A DNA stretch of 63,794 nt, the filler included, from Dicyema japonicum (Eukaryota; Animalia; Dicyemida): the NCBI GenBank assembly GCA_011109175.1. It is 9 parts of 9 records of this genome, joined end to end, with 100 filler letters (N's around TTAATTAATTAA, not from the genome) between each part and the next. Parts side by side here need not be neighbours in the genome. Positions count along the whole stretch, not along the records: positions 16,621 to 31,757 come from RDEW01000207.1; positions 31,858 to 40,807 come from RDEW01000156.1; 7 more parts are not named here. The stretch is one strand, 5' to 3'. The notes beneath the pieces are model-generated. The model ran no database searches. It saw nothing but the letters and a program-made list of their open reading frames with translations, and was not told the DNA's origin. Positions 27,113 through 39,934 of this stretch are shown in pieces. Within the stretch, counting starts at the first letter, position 1. The number at the start of each line of letters is the position of its first letter. The position numbers and the translations under genes are program-made.

Positions 27113-28199
27113 NNNNNNNNNNNNNNNNNNNNNNNNNNNNNNNNNNNNNNNNNNNNNNNNNNNNNNNNNNNNNNNNNNNNNNNNNNNNNNNNNNNNNNNN
27201 NNNNNNNNNNNNNNNNNNNNNNNNNNNNNNNNNNNNNNNNNNNNNNNNNNNNNNNNNNNNNNNNNNNNNNNNNNNNNNNNNNNNNNNNNNNNNNNNNNNN
27301 NNNNNNNNNNNNNNNNNNNNNNNNNNNNNNNNNNNNNNNNNNNNNNNNNNNNNNNNNNNNNNNNNNNNNNNNNNNNNNNNNNNNNNNNNNNNNNNNNNNN
27401 NNNNNNNNNNNNNNNNNNNNNNNNNNNNNNNNNNNNNNNNNNNNNNNNNNNNNNNNNNNNNNNNNNNNNNNNNNNNNNNNNNNNNNNNNNNNNNNNNNNN
27501 NNNNNNNNNNNNNNNNNNNNNNNNNNNNNNNNNNNNNNNNNNNNNNNNNNNNNNNNNNNNNNNNNNNNNNNNNNNNNNNNNNNNNNNNNNNNNNNNNNNN
27601 NNNNNNNNNNNNNNNNNNNNNNNNNNNNNNNNNNNNNNNNNNNNNNNNNNNNNNNNNNNNNNNNNNNNNNNNNNNNNNNNNNNNNNNNNNNNNNNNNNNN
27701 NNNNNNNNNNNNNNNNNNNNNNNNNNNNNNNNNNNNNNNNNNNNNNNNNNNNNNNNNNNNNNNNNNNNNNNNNNNNNNNNNNNNNNNNNNNNNNNNNNNN
27801 NNNNNNNNNNNNNNNNNNNNNNNNNNNNNNNNNNNNNNNNNNNNNNNNNNNNNNNNNNNNNNNNNNNNNNNNNNNNNNNNNNNNNNNNNNNNNNNNNNNN
27901 NNNNNNNNNNNNNNNNNNNNNNNNNNNNNNNNNNNNNNNNNNNNNNNNNNNNNNNNNNNNNNNNNNNNNNNNNNNNNNNNNNNNNNNNNNNNNNNNNNNN
28001 TACGTAAGAGAAAATCTATATAAATCCCAAACAATTATTTTTAAGGATATTTTGTAAGAATTAGTCTAGAAACTTGGCCAGGAACTTGGAGACCAGTTTA
28101 AAATTGTCTATATAAGAATGCAGTTGCACCTGTTTATTATTCTTTGATTGTTTAACGTTCCTTTGGATTGCGTAATAATTTCCGTTTTTTATAAGTTAT

Positions 28200-28480
28200 A
28201 TCATTCGTAATCAACATCGAACTGAGCTGAAATTCCGCGTATGGATTGTAAATTTCCGAGTATTTTGCTGATCTGGACTCTAAATGTTTTAGACCAAAAT
28301 AGAGAAAAGCGATGAAGGCTTATGAAAGTTAATTAGAATTAATTCACATAAAATTGTACCTATTGTTATAGAATGGGATCGTCTCTACATTTTTCAAGAC
28401 CTATATTTCCCTCCCCAGTCTAGGCATATATCAGGACAGTTAAGAAAAACACTAGAAAGCATGAATACAAGTACTGTTTC
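28200..28480 (+). mobile_element. Highly decayed RLE-type (R4/Dong-like) 3' remnant
   Basis: KIVPIVIEWD resembles the IVPIVFTWEG and LTWDG motifs seen at 47280-47560 and 48620-48766. Confidence 0.3.
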
Positions 28481-28689
28481 GAATTATGTTTAGTCTGATA
28501 ATAAGGAATGCAAGTCAACAAAGAGACAATGAGATTCGATTATTGCAGACAATGAAAAAACAACTAAGAGATAGTTTTTCTCGACAGTAAAAAAACACGC
28601 AGTTTATTGAACCAAACTAAATCACCATAAAAGCAAACCTAAATATCAACAAGGAATACTATCTCAATAAAAACAATAAATCACAACAA

Positions 28690-31455
28690 TCAATTAATTT
28701 CCATTTCTTTTGTCAGAGCCAATTTCCTAGACAAACGATGATTGCCCGTCATCGAATCAATCCCAAAATATTGTACTCGAATATTCAACCCTTCATAAAA
28801 TCCGAGATCAGCTGGTCTCTTAGTCTTAAAAATATAACAAAATAAATACACTGTCGAGAGAAAGGTGATTACAGTGAACAAAAATAGGCTGCATTGTTTT
28901 GTAGACTCTCACCCAAACACCATTATCCCTACGAATAGCTCAAAAAACAAACGTCATTTCAACTATTGTGGCATCATAGACTTGATACAATCTTAAATCT
29001 ACTTCTTTCTAGAACGTGATATATCGTTGAAAATACGTTTTGAAGGATCGTCTCATTCAGTGTCTCTCGAGCATAGTCCAAGGCCTCGACAGACGGAGCA
29101 AATAAAAAAAGACAAGTCTCGTCAAGAGGTTCAATGAGTACACCTTAACAAAATAATTAAATATACTCAACCAGACTGACTGAAATGTCGTCTGAGTCCC
29201 TGTCCCCCCGATCCAATGATGCGGCCTCGCTGACTTGAGGTCACTTCCACTACTCTGCTGACAGGCCAACACTCTTTACTGATTCCGCGGGTTATTCAAT
29301 TGCTGTTTTCCATTTGATCTACCAAACGGCAAATTGCATCTAAAATGATTATAACTGCAATAACAAACCACGACCTTTCTCCAACGAGTCTGCCAGTATA
29401 TCCAAGGATATTCCATCTCCCTTGACGTCCAACTACCCAATGATCACAACCACTAACCTGCATCGAATTAAATCCACGGACACTTCCGGCTACTTTAAAA
29501 TCCATATTTCCAAGGGAGTCTTCCATTCCCTTAAAAATAGTATTTGCGATCAACAGTAATGTCGGTGATGACCTTCCACCGTCTCCCACACGACGTACTC
29601 ACCACCCCCATGGCAACCCCAGCCACCAATTCCGTGATTTGAACTCCCGCGTCCATCAATGCCAACGATCCTGCACATACCGAAGCCATTGAAGACGAGC
29701 CTGAATAAATCACATTTTTCACACCGTGGGAATCAGTGACGTCACAAGATACACTAAAAAATCGATTTCCCGCCTTTGGGATGGTCGAATGAGAGCTCTC
29801 TCGCCATTGCCCCTGACACATCACACAGTACTCATACCATGACCCATCTCCCGTCGATTCAGGTTTCCACTCTGTCTAACCTCGTTTGTCGAATAAGGCG
29901 GAAACTAAGCCAAATATGAACAAAATATACTTCATAGATCAGTTCGAATTGCTTATCGACACAGGCTAAGACAACGATTAGCAGACAACACCAACCGGTA
30001 ATCGCGGAAAATGGATATCTACGTGAAGTGGAATATGGGGATAACAGCTCGACACAACTCAAAACCTACTATAAACAATCATTTTAATACTTGAGTCTCT
30101 CCTCGTCGGAAAATGGCGGAACCGTGTATTCCTGGTGCTATATCTACCTCACAAGAGACGTCTCTAATTTGAGAAAAGTCCCTTCCGTCAGTCCTCACTT
30201 TAGACCGGAGAATGTGATCACGGAAATGAGCAGTCAGTAGATTGTTAAACACGTTGTTATGCGAGTCAGCAGGAATGTTCAGTTCTTGGCTAAAAACGTG
30301 TATTTACAAACCAATGGCTTTTTCTGTGAACTTTGATTTGAGCACTGAGAGTGCCTCAACTCCACTTTTCTACAAATGGCACACAAAAATACCTTATCGG
30401 AAGGTGGGAGATTTAGAAATTCCAAAAAACAGTCTTTAAGACATCTACTTATATCAAATTGACCAAACCCTGAAAATTTCTCGAAGGTTGATTTCAGAAT
30501 TTGTATTATTAAATGGCATCACCTCCTTCTGGATTCTCAAAAAACGTCCTGCAAGAAGCACACAGTTTTCCCAGGCCGTGGAAATGGCTCGCATGACACG
30601 GAAGTTGGTTGGTTGTCCATGGCCCCCTCAAGCATGACTATTCACTGAGTTAATTCAAATTACTTATCTTTCCATTAGAGTCCACCACCATGACGATGTT
30701 TCCAGAACATTCTAGAAGCTCTTGTCTGGCGGGAAATAAAATAATTGAGCCATTCGCATCAAAGCCAACCGAATCGCTGCGATTGTCCGTTAAGTGGCAA
30801 ATGTGAAGAAACCAGGCTCAAAGATCCTAAAAAAAGAAAAAAAAATTTAATAACCTGCATTGATGGCCAAAACCTCTGCATCGAATGTATGGTCAGTAGA
30901 AAGTGATTTAATATGCATCTTTGGCATTACTACAGAAGAATACTAACGTTGAGAGCAAGTCCAACCGAGGGTCCAAATCGGTCTATTGATCGGTCTAATG
31001 TGACAAAAGCAAAAACCGATCAGTCTGCTTGTCAGAACTTGGTGTCTCAATATTAAGATTTGGTTTCCTTTTATTGTTGAATTGTCCTTCCTGTTTATTC
31101 CGTGATTTGAATCGACCAAAAATATTTAAATGTACAAAAAACATTCAAAGATGGTCCGACGGAGGCTGCTTTGATTTACTGCGACGATTGAACTAATCAT
31201 TGTGCTATTTTTACACTCAAAATAAGTCAAAAATAATTTACTTGGACCAAGACTGACCCGGCAGCCTGTCGTCCTATTTTATCAGTCTCCACTGTTAGGA
31301 TGCTAGGGGTAACTTTTTTTTAAAACCTGTTCCCATATTCTATTTTATGACTGCATTTCGAATAAATTTTTTTAATTTATCTGGAAAAAATTTCACTAGT
31401 TTCTATAAATAATAATTTTTTCTGATTTAAAACCAACCAAGTTTCGATGCCACAT
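28690..31455 (-). CDS. PNPT1: Mitochondrial polyribonucleotide nucleotidyltransferase (PNPase), many tiny introns, frameshifted as assembled
   Basis: Contains [92 protein letters not shown] (KH) and S1-domain [36 protein letters not shown]. The start at 31455 is tentative. Confidence 0.9.
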
Positions 31456-32945
31456 TGTATTTTAAAAAACTGAAACTATTTATAAATTAATCATGTTTCA
31501 ATTAATATTATTTTAATTAAAAATATATTTTATTATAATAAATCAATAATTTAAATTTTTATTTTATCATAAGGTAGATTAAAAATAGCAGAGGCGAGAG
31601 AGAGTCACCTAATTCCAAAAACATTCGTGCATTATCTTTAAGAGTTTCCAGTTTTTTGAGACGAAAAGTCAGAATATTTGAGATTTAGGCTCTTTATTTG
31701 TTTCTGAATGATAGCTTTCAGTGCGCGTTCGGTATTCGTATCTTTAGTGTTCTCAATNNNNNNNNNNNNNNNNNNNNNNNNNNNNNNNNNNNNNNNNNNN
31801 NTTAATTAATTAANNNNNNNNNNNNNNNNNNNNNNNNNNNNNNNNNNNNNNNNNNNNATCGTGTTAATTTATTGCTTGAAGAGAAAAGACGTGTTTATGG
31901 TAATTAATTTTTTAGCAACAATAGATGCTGAAATTGAAATCAAAAATAAGAAAATTGAAAGTTGAAGAATACTGTATATGTTTTTTAGGCTTGACAGATG
32001 AGATTGATCAGTTGAATATCAGTTTGGTCTGCTGAATGAAAAATATGGGGAACTATTGGTAGGTGTTATCAACGAATGTCCCGCCTTCTCGAAAACTGAA
32101 TTATTTAAAATAATATGACGGAAATATTTTTCTTAAAATTTTTTTAACTTTAAACTGTCCTCTTTAATCAATATACATATGAATCCTATCCAAAGTAAAT
32201 CCAGAGTCTTTGGATTTTTTCTTATGATATGTTTAAGAGTCCAATTAATTGGATTTTCCATTTCAAAATTTTTTAGAAGGGTCACCCTTTATAAGCAAAT
32301 TTGACGGTCACCCTAATCACGATGGTTAATCTTAACGTTCAGAATCATTCCTAGCTTATTCCGGACCCACACTAATACGGTGTTGGTATAAGCTTCTAGA
32401 TATGGATTCCAACATATGATTATGAGGAATCAAATGGATATCTCTTGATTTTAAGGATGTATGTTTGTAATGATTTGAATAGTATTCGGCAAGACCATCT
32501 CCTTGAAATTGATTATGTTCGCAGCGCAGAATTATTGCCATTTCTGACCTAGTTATTTAATCATCTTCTACCGTCATGGCCGAAGGCGGGACTCAGTAGG
32601 TTGGATTGAATTTGTGGTTTTTCGATAGCATGCTTGATGTGGTGCAGGCTGAGTTTTCGAATAATTTCTGTCTTTTTTGTGTGAATTTATCTTAAATGGT
32701 CAGTATCCAATATCATACGTTGTCGATACAGTTTACTTTGAATCGTCCTTTTTAGGCCAAAATTATCGAATTTTCACGGCATTAATGGCTCAACGAAATC
32801 GTGAAAAAAGCACTAAATACACTTCTCTTCCGGAGTCCTTCTTTTATGTCCTTTGTCTTAGAGCCAGTAATGTCAACAATTTAAACAAAAATATATCCAA
32901 TGACAAAAAATTAAATAAAACAAAACAATTTAACACAAATAGCTA

Positions 32946-33804
32946 TCATTTAAAATATTTAAGAAGTGGGGCTATTTTAGCAGCACAAGAAAATGCTTTT
33001 AATTGCTATAAAATAAATTACAAATAAAAAACCATATCAGACTCAATAGATGAACGTTGACCATCAGAAGCATCCACAACCAAACTCCTCAAAAGTCTTG
33101 CAATCTCCTCACTATCAAGCGTCCCCCTGCCTGATATAATTCGTATAAACAAAAATAAACCTCCTGAATATGTTTGATAACTGACTTCAACATCCTTCTC
33201 ACATCCTCAGCTCTATCGACGGTTGTTAAATTGTTCATTTTATGCAGAAATCCGGTCACTTTTCATTAGTTGGTTTATTACTACCAGCAGTGACCTCAGA
33301 TCTTTCAAAAGAAGTATAAACAGGAACAGGGACGAGCATTCCGCCCATTATTTGGAGGATACTGAAAGAGGGATACCAACAAATGCTTTTTTGTTGTCAT
33401 TTACAAAAACAAGGGTCCGTTTGAGGTTATCTGTAAGTTTTTTATGAATGTCCCAAATGTTGGACTCCATGCTACCACTTGTAGTAAACCACCCCACAAG
33501 TTGTTCATTGGGTAACTCATATTGTGAGCATTTATAATGCCCTTCTCCATTTCTGGAGTCATCTGAAACAGTTTTTTAAGCACGTGCCTTGGAAAGAGCT
33601 TCATTTTCGTCACATACGCCAAATGCCTCCATTATTTCTACACAGCTCTTATTTCGACGGTAACAGCCTAAAGATGATTGATTGTAAATTATTGCCCATC
33701 AAAATTCCGGTCACTCCTTGGGATGTTTGAGAGCGTCTGATATGCAATTGACACATTGCCATTGAGGCAGTCGGGTGTATTTCGCAAACCATATCACAAA
33801 GCAT
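32946..33804 (-). CDS. EIF3F: MPN-domain protein, most like translation initiation factor eIF3f
   Basis: Reads VCEIHPTASMAMCQLHIRR, VTGILMG, VEIMEAFGV, AHNMSYPNEQLVGWFTT, DIHKK, KAFVGIPL and MGGMLVPVPV. The model needs tiny introns and at least one frameshift. Other MPN paralogs such as PSMD7 or COPS6 are not fully excluded. Confidence 0.7.
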
Positions 33805-34109
33805 GTACCACAAGAACAAGAGTTCGAATGTTTCAAATTATTTTAATTTATATTAAATTATATTTATTTAAACAAAATTGTTTAATAAATATGTTTTTAT
33901 AATTTAGTTGGAAATACAAATTAATACTCGAAAACCTATTAATTACATTAATTTTTTTCGATAAATTCAACACAATGTTACAAAAGATACGTTGAGAATA
34001 AGTTTAATTGTTTTCGAGATTTGAACAAATAATTGTAAAATAAATAAATTTAATTAAGATTATAAAAAGTATTGTAAAATTAATATATTTATTTTTTTAA
34101 ATTGTCTTG
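33805..34109. promoter_or_regulatory. Putative bidirectional promoter region
   Basis: A 305-bp, very AT-rich spacer between the divergent predicted start codons of the eIF3f-like and WDR45-like genes. Positional inference only. Confidence 0.4.
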
Positions 34110-35428
34110 ATGTGGACCGTTAATAAAATAATAAATAACCAGAACCACAGTAACATAAAAATGAAATAATCTCTGAGACAACTTCATAACAATATGTGAT
34201 ACAACCAAAATTGGAATTTTTAACGTTAATCCTCTGAATCTTAATATTTGGTGGGGTACCGACTATGGCTGCTTTATTTCAGATTTAAAGCCACGCGGAA
34301 CTGTCCTAGCAGCTACTATTCTCCGAAACAGCAACATTGTTGCCACTGCTATTAAAATGCATTTAATGCATATTTATGAAGGTAAATAAAATCATTAAAT
34401 CAAGTCGATGTGTGGTCCCTAAAGAACAGCTTGATGGATGATGCCCAACTAGTAATGAGGATTCAGTTCTCTATTCCTCCAATAGGCCTAAAACTGACTT
34501 TAGATAAGTATTTTATATATAATACTTGGAATTGTTGATTATTTTTAATAATCGTGTCCAAATATATTCATTTCCTCCAGAACCCCACATACTTGAATCT
34601 ATAGTGACTGATACAAACCCAATTGGTTAATGATTACGTAATAATATGTAAGAATCCTATGCTATCGAATCGGATGATAACAAGGCTGTGCTTGCATTCT
34701 CACAAAAAAGTCAAATTTTGATTTTGGTAGAATACTTTAACCTCATTCCCTCCAAAGGATATAAGCCCGGGAAAAGAAATAAAGACAATCTCACAGTTTC
34801 CCGCCCATAAACATCAAGTCTGTCACACATGTATAAACAAGGACATGTCTCTCCTTGCCACTTCTTCAATTCATGTTTGTGTCTTAAAATAAACTCAAGT
34901 CGACGTTAATCAGAATTTTCAACTTGACTGATTCAAAAATGGTGGCAGAGTTTAGGACGTCAAGACGGATTGATAGGTTTGTCCCCCGAAAGTTATAAAG
35001 CATGTGTTTCAATAAGGATTCATCTCTTTTGGGGATTGTTGGGGACAACACACACGTTGAGTATTTTCGATATCAAAAATGTCATCCAATACTAAATCAA
35101 TGTCTTCTATTTGAATTATTGGGTAGTCTAAGTAGAGTTAATATAATTCCCGGATACACTGACTCCATGTGGTTTTTTAAAGAGTGTATGATTCCATCAA
35201 ATAGCTCTAATCGTGCAGAGATTGTGTTCTCTGATGTAAATGAGTTTTCTGGTGAGAATTGATATTTTAGTGACAGTGGTATGTTGGGATGGTTTGGTTT
35301 ATGAATTCCGTGCCGATGCTGTTGATGTCATGATTGTGGGAAATTATAACTTTATTTATTTACCATTTGATGAATTATTAATATTTTTTTCACTATTCAG
35401 TAATGATTTCATTGAAAATAGACTGTAG
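34110..35428 (+). CDS. WDR45: PROPPIN / Atg18-family WD40 protein, WDR45 (WIPI4)-like, divergent
   Basis: Spliced translation includes NQNHNNFITICDTTKIGIFNVNPL, IFNNRVQIYSFPPEPHILESIVTDTNP, FPAHKHQVCHTCINKDMSLLATSS, TLIRIFNLTDSKMVAEFR, CFNKDSSLL and VTVVCWDGLVYEF. The 3' end is approximate. Confidence 0.75.
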
Positions 35429-35809
35429 ATGTCCCATCGGGATTCCTCTATCTTGTTCACCTTTTCTCTGAGCGAGTTTCCTGACTTTTTGAAGAAACGC
35501 GGGAATTCCTCTTGTCGTTCAGAGCAGCTTTCTCTAAAACAATATCGGGGAAACACCATGCTGGGTGCTTTGTTCGCCTGAGAGAGTTAATCAGCTCCAA
35601 TAAATAACTCGGGTTCTCCTGTCTGCAGTAAATAAAGTAAACTGAGACTTTGATAGAGACACGTACAACAAATTAGCTGATAACAATACACACGTTCGAT
35701 TGTGGTGCAACTGAACCACTATCAGGAGACGGAAAGAAATTTATCCATGCAGGATAAAAACTTTTTTTTATTAATAAAGAGTGTTTTAATTATTTTTGTT
35801 GTTTTCAAT

Positions 35810-36420
35810 GGTTGTCCAATTCCGAGTGGTGTTGCCAAAAATATACCAAACTGGACCAGCAACACGGCCGGATTCGAAACCAAAGACCGATTATGGGGAA
35901 TCCTTCCTTGGAAAAAAAACTATAACTATTGACACTTTATCTTACAATCATATAGAACCCAATAACTGAAGCACAGGCAGCGTGTCCAGAAGGAAAGGAC
36001 AATTTATATATTTTTACAAAAAACTGACCTTGATTCTGCTACTTCATGTCTGTCCGGATTCAGACAAATTATATTTTCTACAAATTTTGAACAGTCCATT
36101 CCACTATAATCCGGCAGACAGACGCTCATGAAATCAGGTCTCAGTTTTCCAGCACAGTTTTTGATTGAGTTCACAATGCAATGGTTGATGGCTGGAATTT
36201 TGTCAAAATAAGTACCAAAAACCCAAAAATATGACCACGAAGTGCAAAAATACTGTTTTTGTAATATTGAAGTCTGTGCTGTGGCGAAATAGAATTTGTG
36301 GTATAGTCATGCAAATGAAATTATGAACTAAAACCGAGAAATTGGTAAAAAAAGCAGGACAATTTAGCTAACATTTTTATGGCTCCAAAATCACTCAGGT
36401 CGTCCAATTTGCCTGATTGA
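35810..36420 (-). CDS. PAP2-superfamily phospholipid phosphatase (PLPP/wunen-like), partial or disrupted
   Basis: C1 motif KNCAGKLRP(DFMSVCLPD) and C2 motif SFPSGHAA follow a tiny intron. The C3 motif is only partly recognisable and the ends are uncertain. Confidence 0.7.
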
Positions 36421-36663
36421 AAGACTTATGTTGATTTTGGCTTGATTGTTTGAGTTGATAACTTTAATAAAAAATAGGAATCCTTTTAGTATGACCTGCT
36501 TGCCCTTTAATTCTCAAAAACGTAAATTCCAAATTAATTGATAAACAACTAATGAAAAATTTATCTTGATATATTGGATTTTGCGAAGAATATTAAAATT
36601 TGAGATTGAACGCATGGAGTTGATCGATTTGCTTGAACAGAAAATTTCCCAGGACTTTCTCAG

Positions 36664-37320
36664 TTATAAAATCCTGTAAAAGTGGACCCACGTGTTGCCG
36701 GGACGAAAATGTGGTCCTGAAAACTCGATATGGAGTACTGTCGCATTCGACTTACCCTCTGCTGCCATCACTGCTAATTCTCGAAACATTTTTTCAATGT
36801 CTAAAGATAATAATAATGATGCAGCATTAAAGTACGCAGCCCTTTTCAAAATAGCCTCAATCCTCATAAAAAGATGCAAAAACACAGACGGGGGTCAGTG
36901 GAAGTCGTGGGCCTAATGTTGGATGAGTTTGGATGACTACAAAGTTAATGGGACGTCTTTGCAATTCCTCAATAGGGGACCGTTTGGTATTGGCTATCTA
37001 TTTAAAGGAGTGAATGTCGAGGTAGTCGACCTAGCCTTTTAAGCTAATTCACTGGTAGACCTGAAACTGTGGTTTGATGGTACCATTCTCACCCTGTTAA
37101 TGGATGTTAGCTTTCTGATGTCGATATGACCACTCAGCAGAAATTTAAATCTCTAGTGAAGAGGGAGGAAGTAGCTGTTATGATCGATCTCATCCAAAGT
37201 CAGGTAGACAATGAGGGAGGACACAAGAGGATAAGAGTGTCGTCCGTGATTTGGAACTTGATGTGCATCACTTCCCACAATTCGTCCAATAAAGACAAAT
37301 TTTGGATGTTCTGAGCAGAA
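36664..37320 (-). CDS. Unidentified protein-coding region
   Basis: Coding-like ORF segments (MRIEAILKRAAYFNAASLLLSLDIEKMFRELAV..., LLDELWEVMHIKF) with candidate tiny introns. No family recognised. Confidence 0.3.
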
Positions 37321-37619
37321 AAGAGAGACATGTGAAATTTTTGATTATATTTTAAAAAACGGGATATTTTTGGAAAAACGAACGAGAATAGACGAGCAGA
37401 ATGCTTGTTTTTGGTCATTTTTTGGTTTATGAATTTCAAATATGCTAATGGGTAGCCTTACTATTTCACTCTCCTTTTTTCCGTCTCCAATATAGAGGAA
37501 TGTCAACAGAATTTGATTTTGGTTTGGATATATTGGATTGTTATTTTATTTGTTAATACTCTAAAATTATTATTAATTTAAGAAAGATTTTAAAATAATG
37601 GAAAAAAACAAAACCGGTC

Positions 37620-38250
37620 AAGATTTGTTTTGTGTGCCAGTGTACTGGACATTCCAGGCTTCTTGATTGAAGCCCCCAGGTTAACACCATAGCATTATGT
37701 TCACCTTAACACTGTGTATCATTACTAGTTTAATAGCAAGTAGCCCGTATTTGTACATCTTCTCTACCTCACTTGTTCCAGTAATTGCTGACAAGTTATC
37801 CCAACTTTGATTAGCATTACGAATATATCACCTTATTGTACTGCACTTTAGTTTCAGTTTTTATTAGTGTCTCATTGGCCATCACCGATCGAAAAAATTG
37901 GGTCTTGAGCCTCTTAGATTTTTTGATTCCATTTTCCAGGCAGAGATGGACTTTCCAATGGGTTTCCAGGCCGATTAGACTAAATATGACCACTAGATGT
38001 ACTTTCTCATACAGTACATCGAATATTGGATAAACTTGTCCCGTTTAGTCTGAGAGATAATGCCCTCTTCGACGTTGAGTGTGTCAGAATTCTCACCGAT
38101 GTCTGTCCTTGTGTCCATATTTAATCTGTTGAATCTCTTACGGGACTGGTGATGACTTGAATTTCTTACCAAATCAAATCCTGTCTCAAGACTGGTGATG
38201 ACTTGGACAGGCTGCGTCTCACAGCGCTTAACCGAGAAAATGGAGGAGAC
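37620..38250 (-). mobile_element. Decayed RLE-type (R4/Dong-like) non-LTR 3' region
   Basis: EVEKMYKYGLLAIKLVMIHSVKVNI...VLTWG parallels EIEKLHKYDLLA...LTWDG at 47280-47560. Confidence 0.55.
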
Positions 38251-38365
38251 TCGTTACAAGCATTATTTTGGGTGTTGCACAGGTAGGACTATAATTATTA
38301 TGGCCTACAATAAGTGCGTTAATAATAATAATCTCTTACGGGGCCGCATTCTAAAAAATGAAATA

Positions 38366-39898
38366 CAGTCTGTACCAAAACATTATAATATTGGCAAATT
38401 TATCAATAAATCATTTGTATCTCTACTTATATCAATTTTTAAGTGTTAATTTTTAGCATGTAATTTCTAAATTGACTTATCTAACCATTCTAAAAAAATT
38501 AATTCTTAAAAATATATTACATGCTAAAAATATATTGTCATGTACCAAAACATAATAATAATTTTTGTCATGTAACAAAAGATTATAATACTTTCTAGTA
38601 TTTGATGTTTTTCCCTCGAGATTTTAGTACAGCATCTACTCTTTTTGGCATTGATTCAATTAAAACTTTTATTTCTTCAATTTTAATTTCATTCCATATG
38701 ATTTTCAGTTCATTTTTCAGATCCTCTATCGTTTTTATCCCATGAGCCATAACTCTTCGTTTCATTATTCCCAAAGATTTTCTATTGGATTAAGATCAGG
38801 CGAATTAGGAGGCCATTTCATAAGATTAATTTTTTGGTTTTGAATCCACTCAATCGTATCTTTTGCAGTGTGTGCAGGAGCATTGTCCTGTTGAAAAATG
38901 TAATTACATCCATCATATAACTTTTGACCAGTTGAAATTAAATTTTTTTTCTAATATTTCTCTGTATACTAATCCATTTACAGTTGAATCAATAATTGAA
39001 AGCGGGCTCAACTTATTAAAACTCATCGCTCCCCACACCATAACTCCTTTTCTGTAATGAAGCTTTTGATTTATGCATGAAGGATGAATTGTTTCATTTC
39101 TTTTACGCCAAACATACGCACCTTTTTCACCAATTGACAGCAGAAACTTAGATTCCTCAGAAAAAATAACTTTGGACCACTGTTCTATAGTCCAGTTTAT
39201 TTTCCCTTTAGCCCAAGCTAATCTTTGCTTCTGTTGTTTTAATGTTAGGAAAGGCTTGCAAACAGGGGTTCTGGAAAAAAATCCCAATTGGTTTAGACGT
39301 CTGCTTATTGTCATCCGGCTCAAATTAATTCCGTGAGGAATAAGTTTTTCGGAAATTTCCTTAATAGAGATGAATCTATTTTCCATCAAAACTCTTTGAA
39401 TAACTCTTTCTTCTCGTGAAGAAGTTAATTTCGGCCTTCCCTTTCCGACACGATTGTTTTTCTCATTATTCTGCTTTCGCAACACGTTGGAGACTGATCC
39501 TTGTGAGCAATTTGTGATTTCCGCGATTTTCTTTTGACTAAGTCCAAAGGTATGGAGATTTAAAATAATTTTTTTGGTATCAAATGACAAGTCGCTTTTT
39601 CGTCCCATGTCAATTAAATAATAACGTGTTAAATTTAAAATAAATTTGTTTTTGTATGAAAAATATAAAAAATATTATAATGTTATGGTACATGACAAAA
39701 ATTATTATAATGTTATGGTACATGACAATTTGTATCACCCCCCCAGTGATCTCGTAAAATCAAATAATTTTTTAAATAGTTAAAGAAAGTAAATTTGAAT
39801 TTGGATGTAAAAAATTAAGTCATAAAAATGGATATTTGTGAAAATAGAGTTATATTTTAACTAAATTTACGAGTATTATAATGTTTTGGTACAGACTG
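38366..39898 (-). mobile_element. Tc1/mariner transposon, full length (1533 bp)
   Basis: Perfect 25-bp TIRs CAGTCTGTACCAAAACATTATAATA (38366-38390 and 39874-39898), TA on both sides (38364-38365 and 39899-39900), and an internal transposase. Confidence 0.97.
38595..39608 (-). pseudogene. Tc1-type DD34E transposase with two homopolymer frameshifts
   Basis: Paired-like HTH, GRPK, WSKVIFSEESKF, VMVWGAM, FQQDNAPAH, WPPNSPDLNPIENLW, SMPKRVDAVLKSRG. Frameshifts near 38945 (T8 run on plus) and 38770 (C run on plus); the first catalytic D reads E. Confidence 0.9.
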
Positions 39899-39934
39899 TA
39901 TAGGTAAATTAAATGAACCCAAATTTATTATGTT

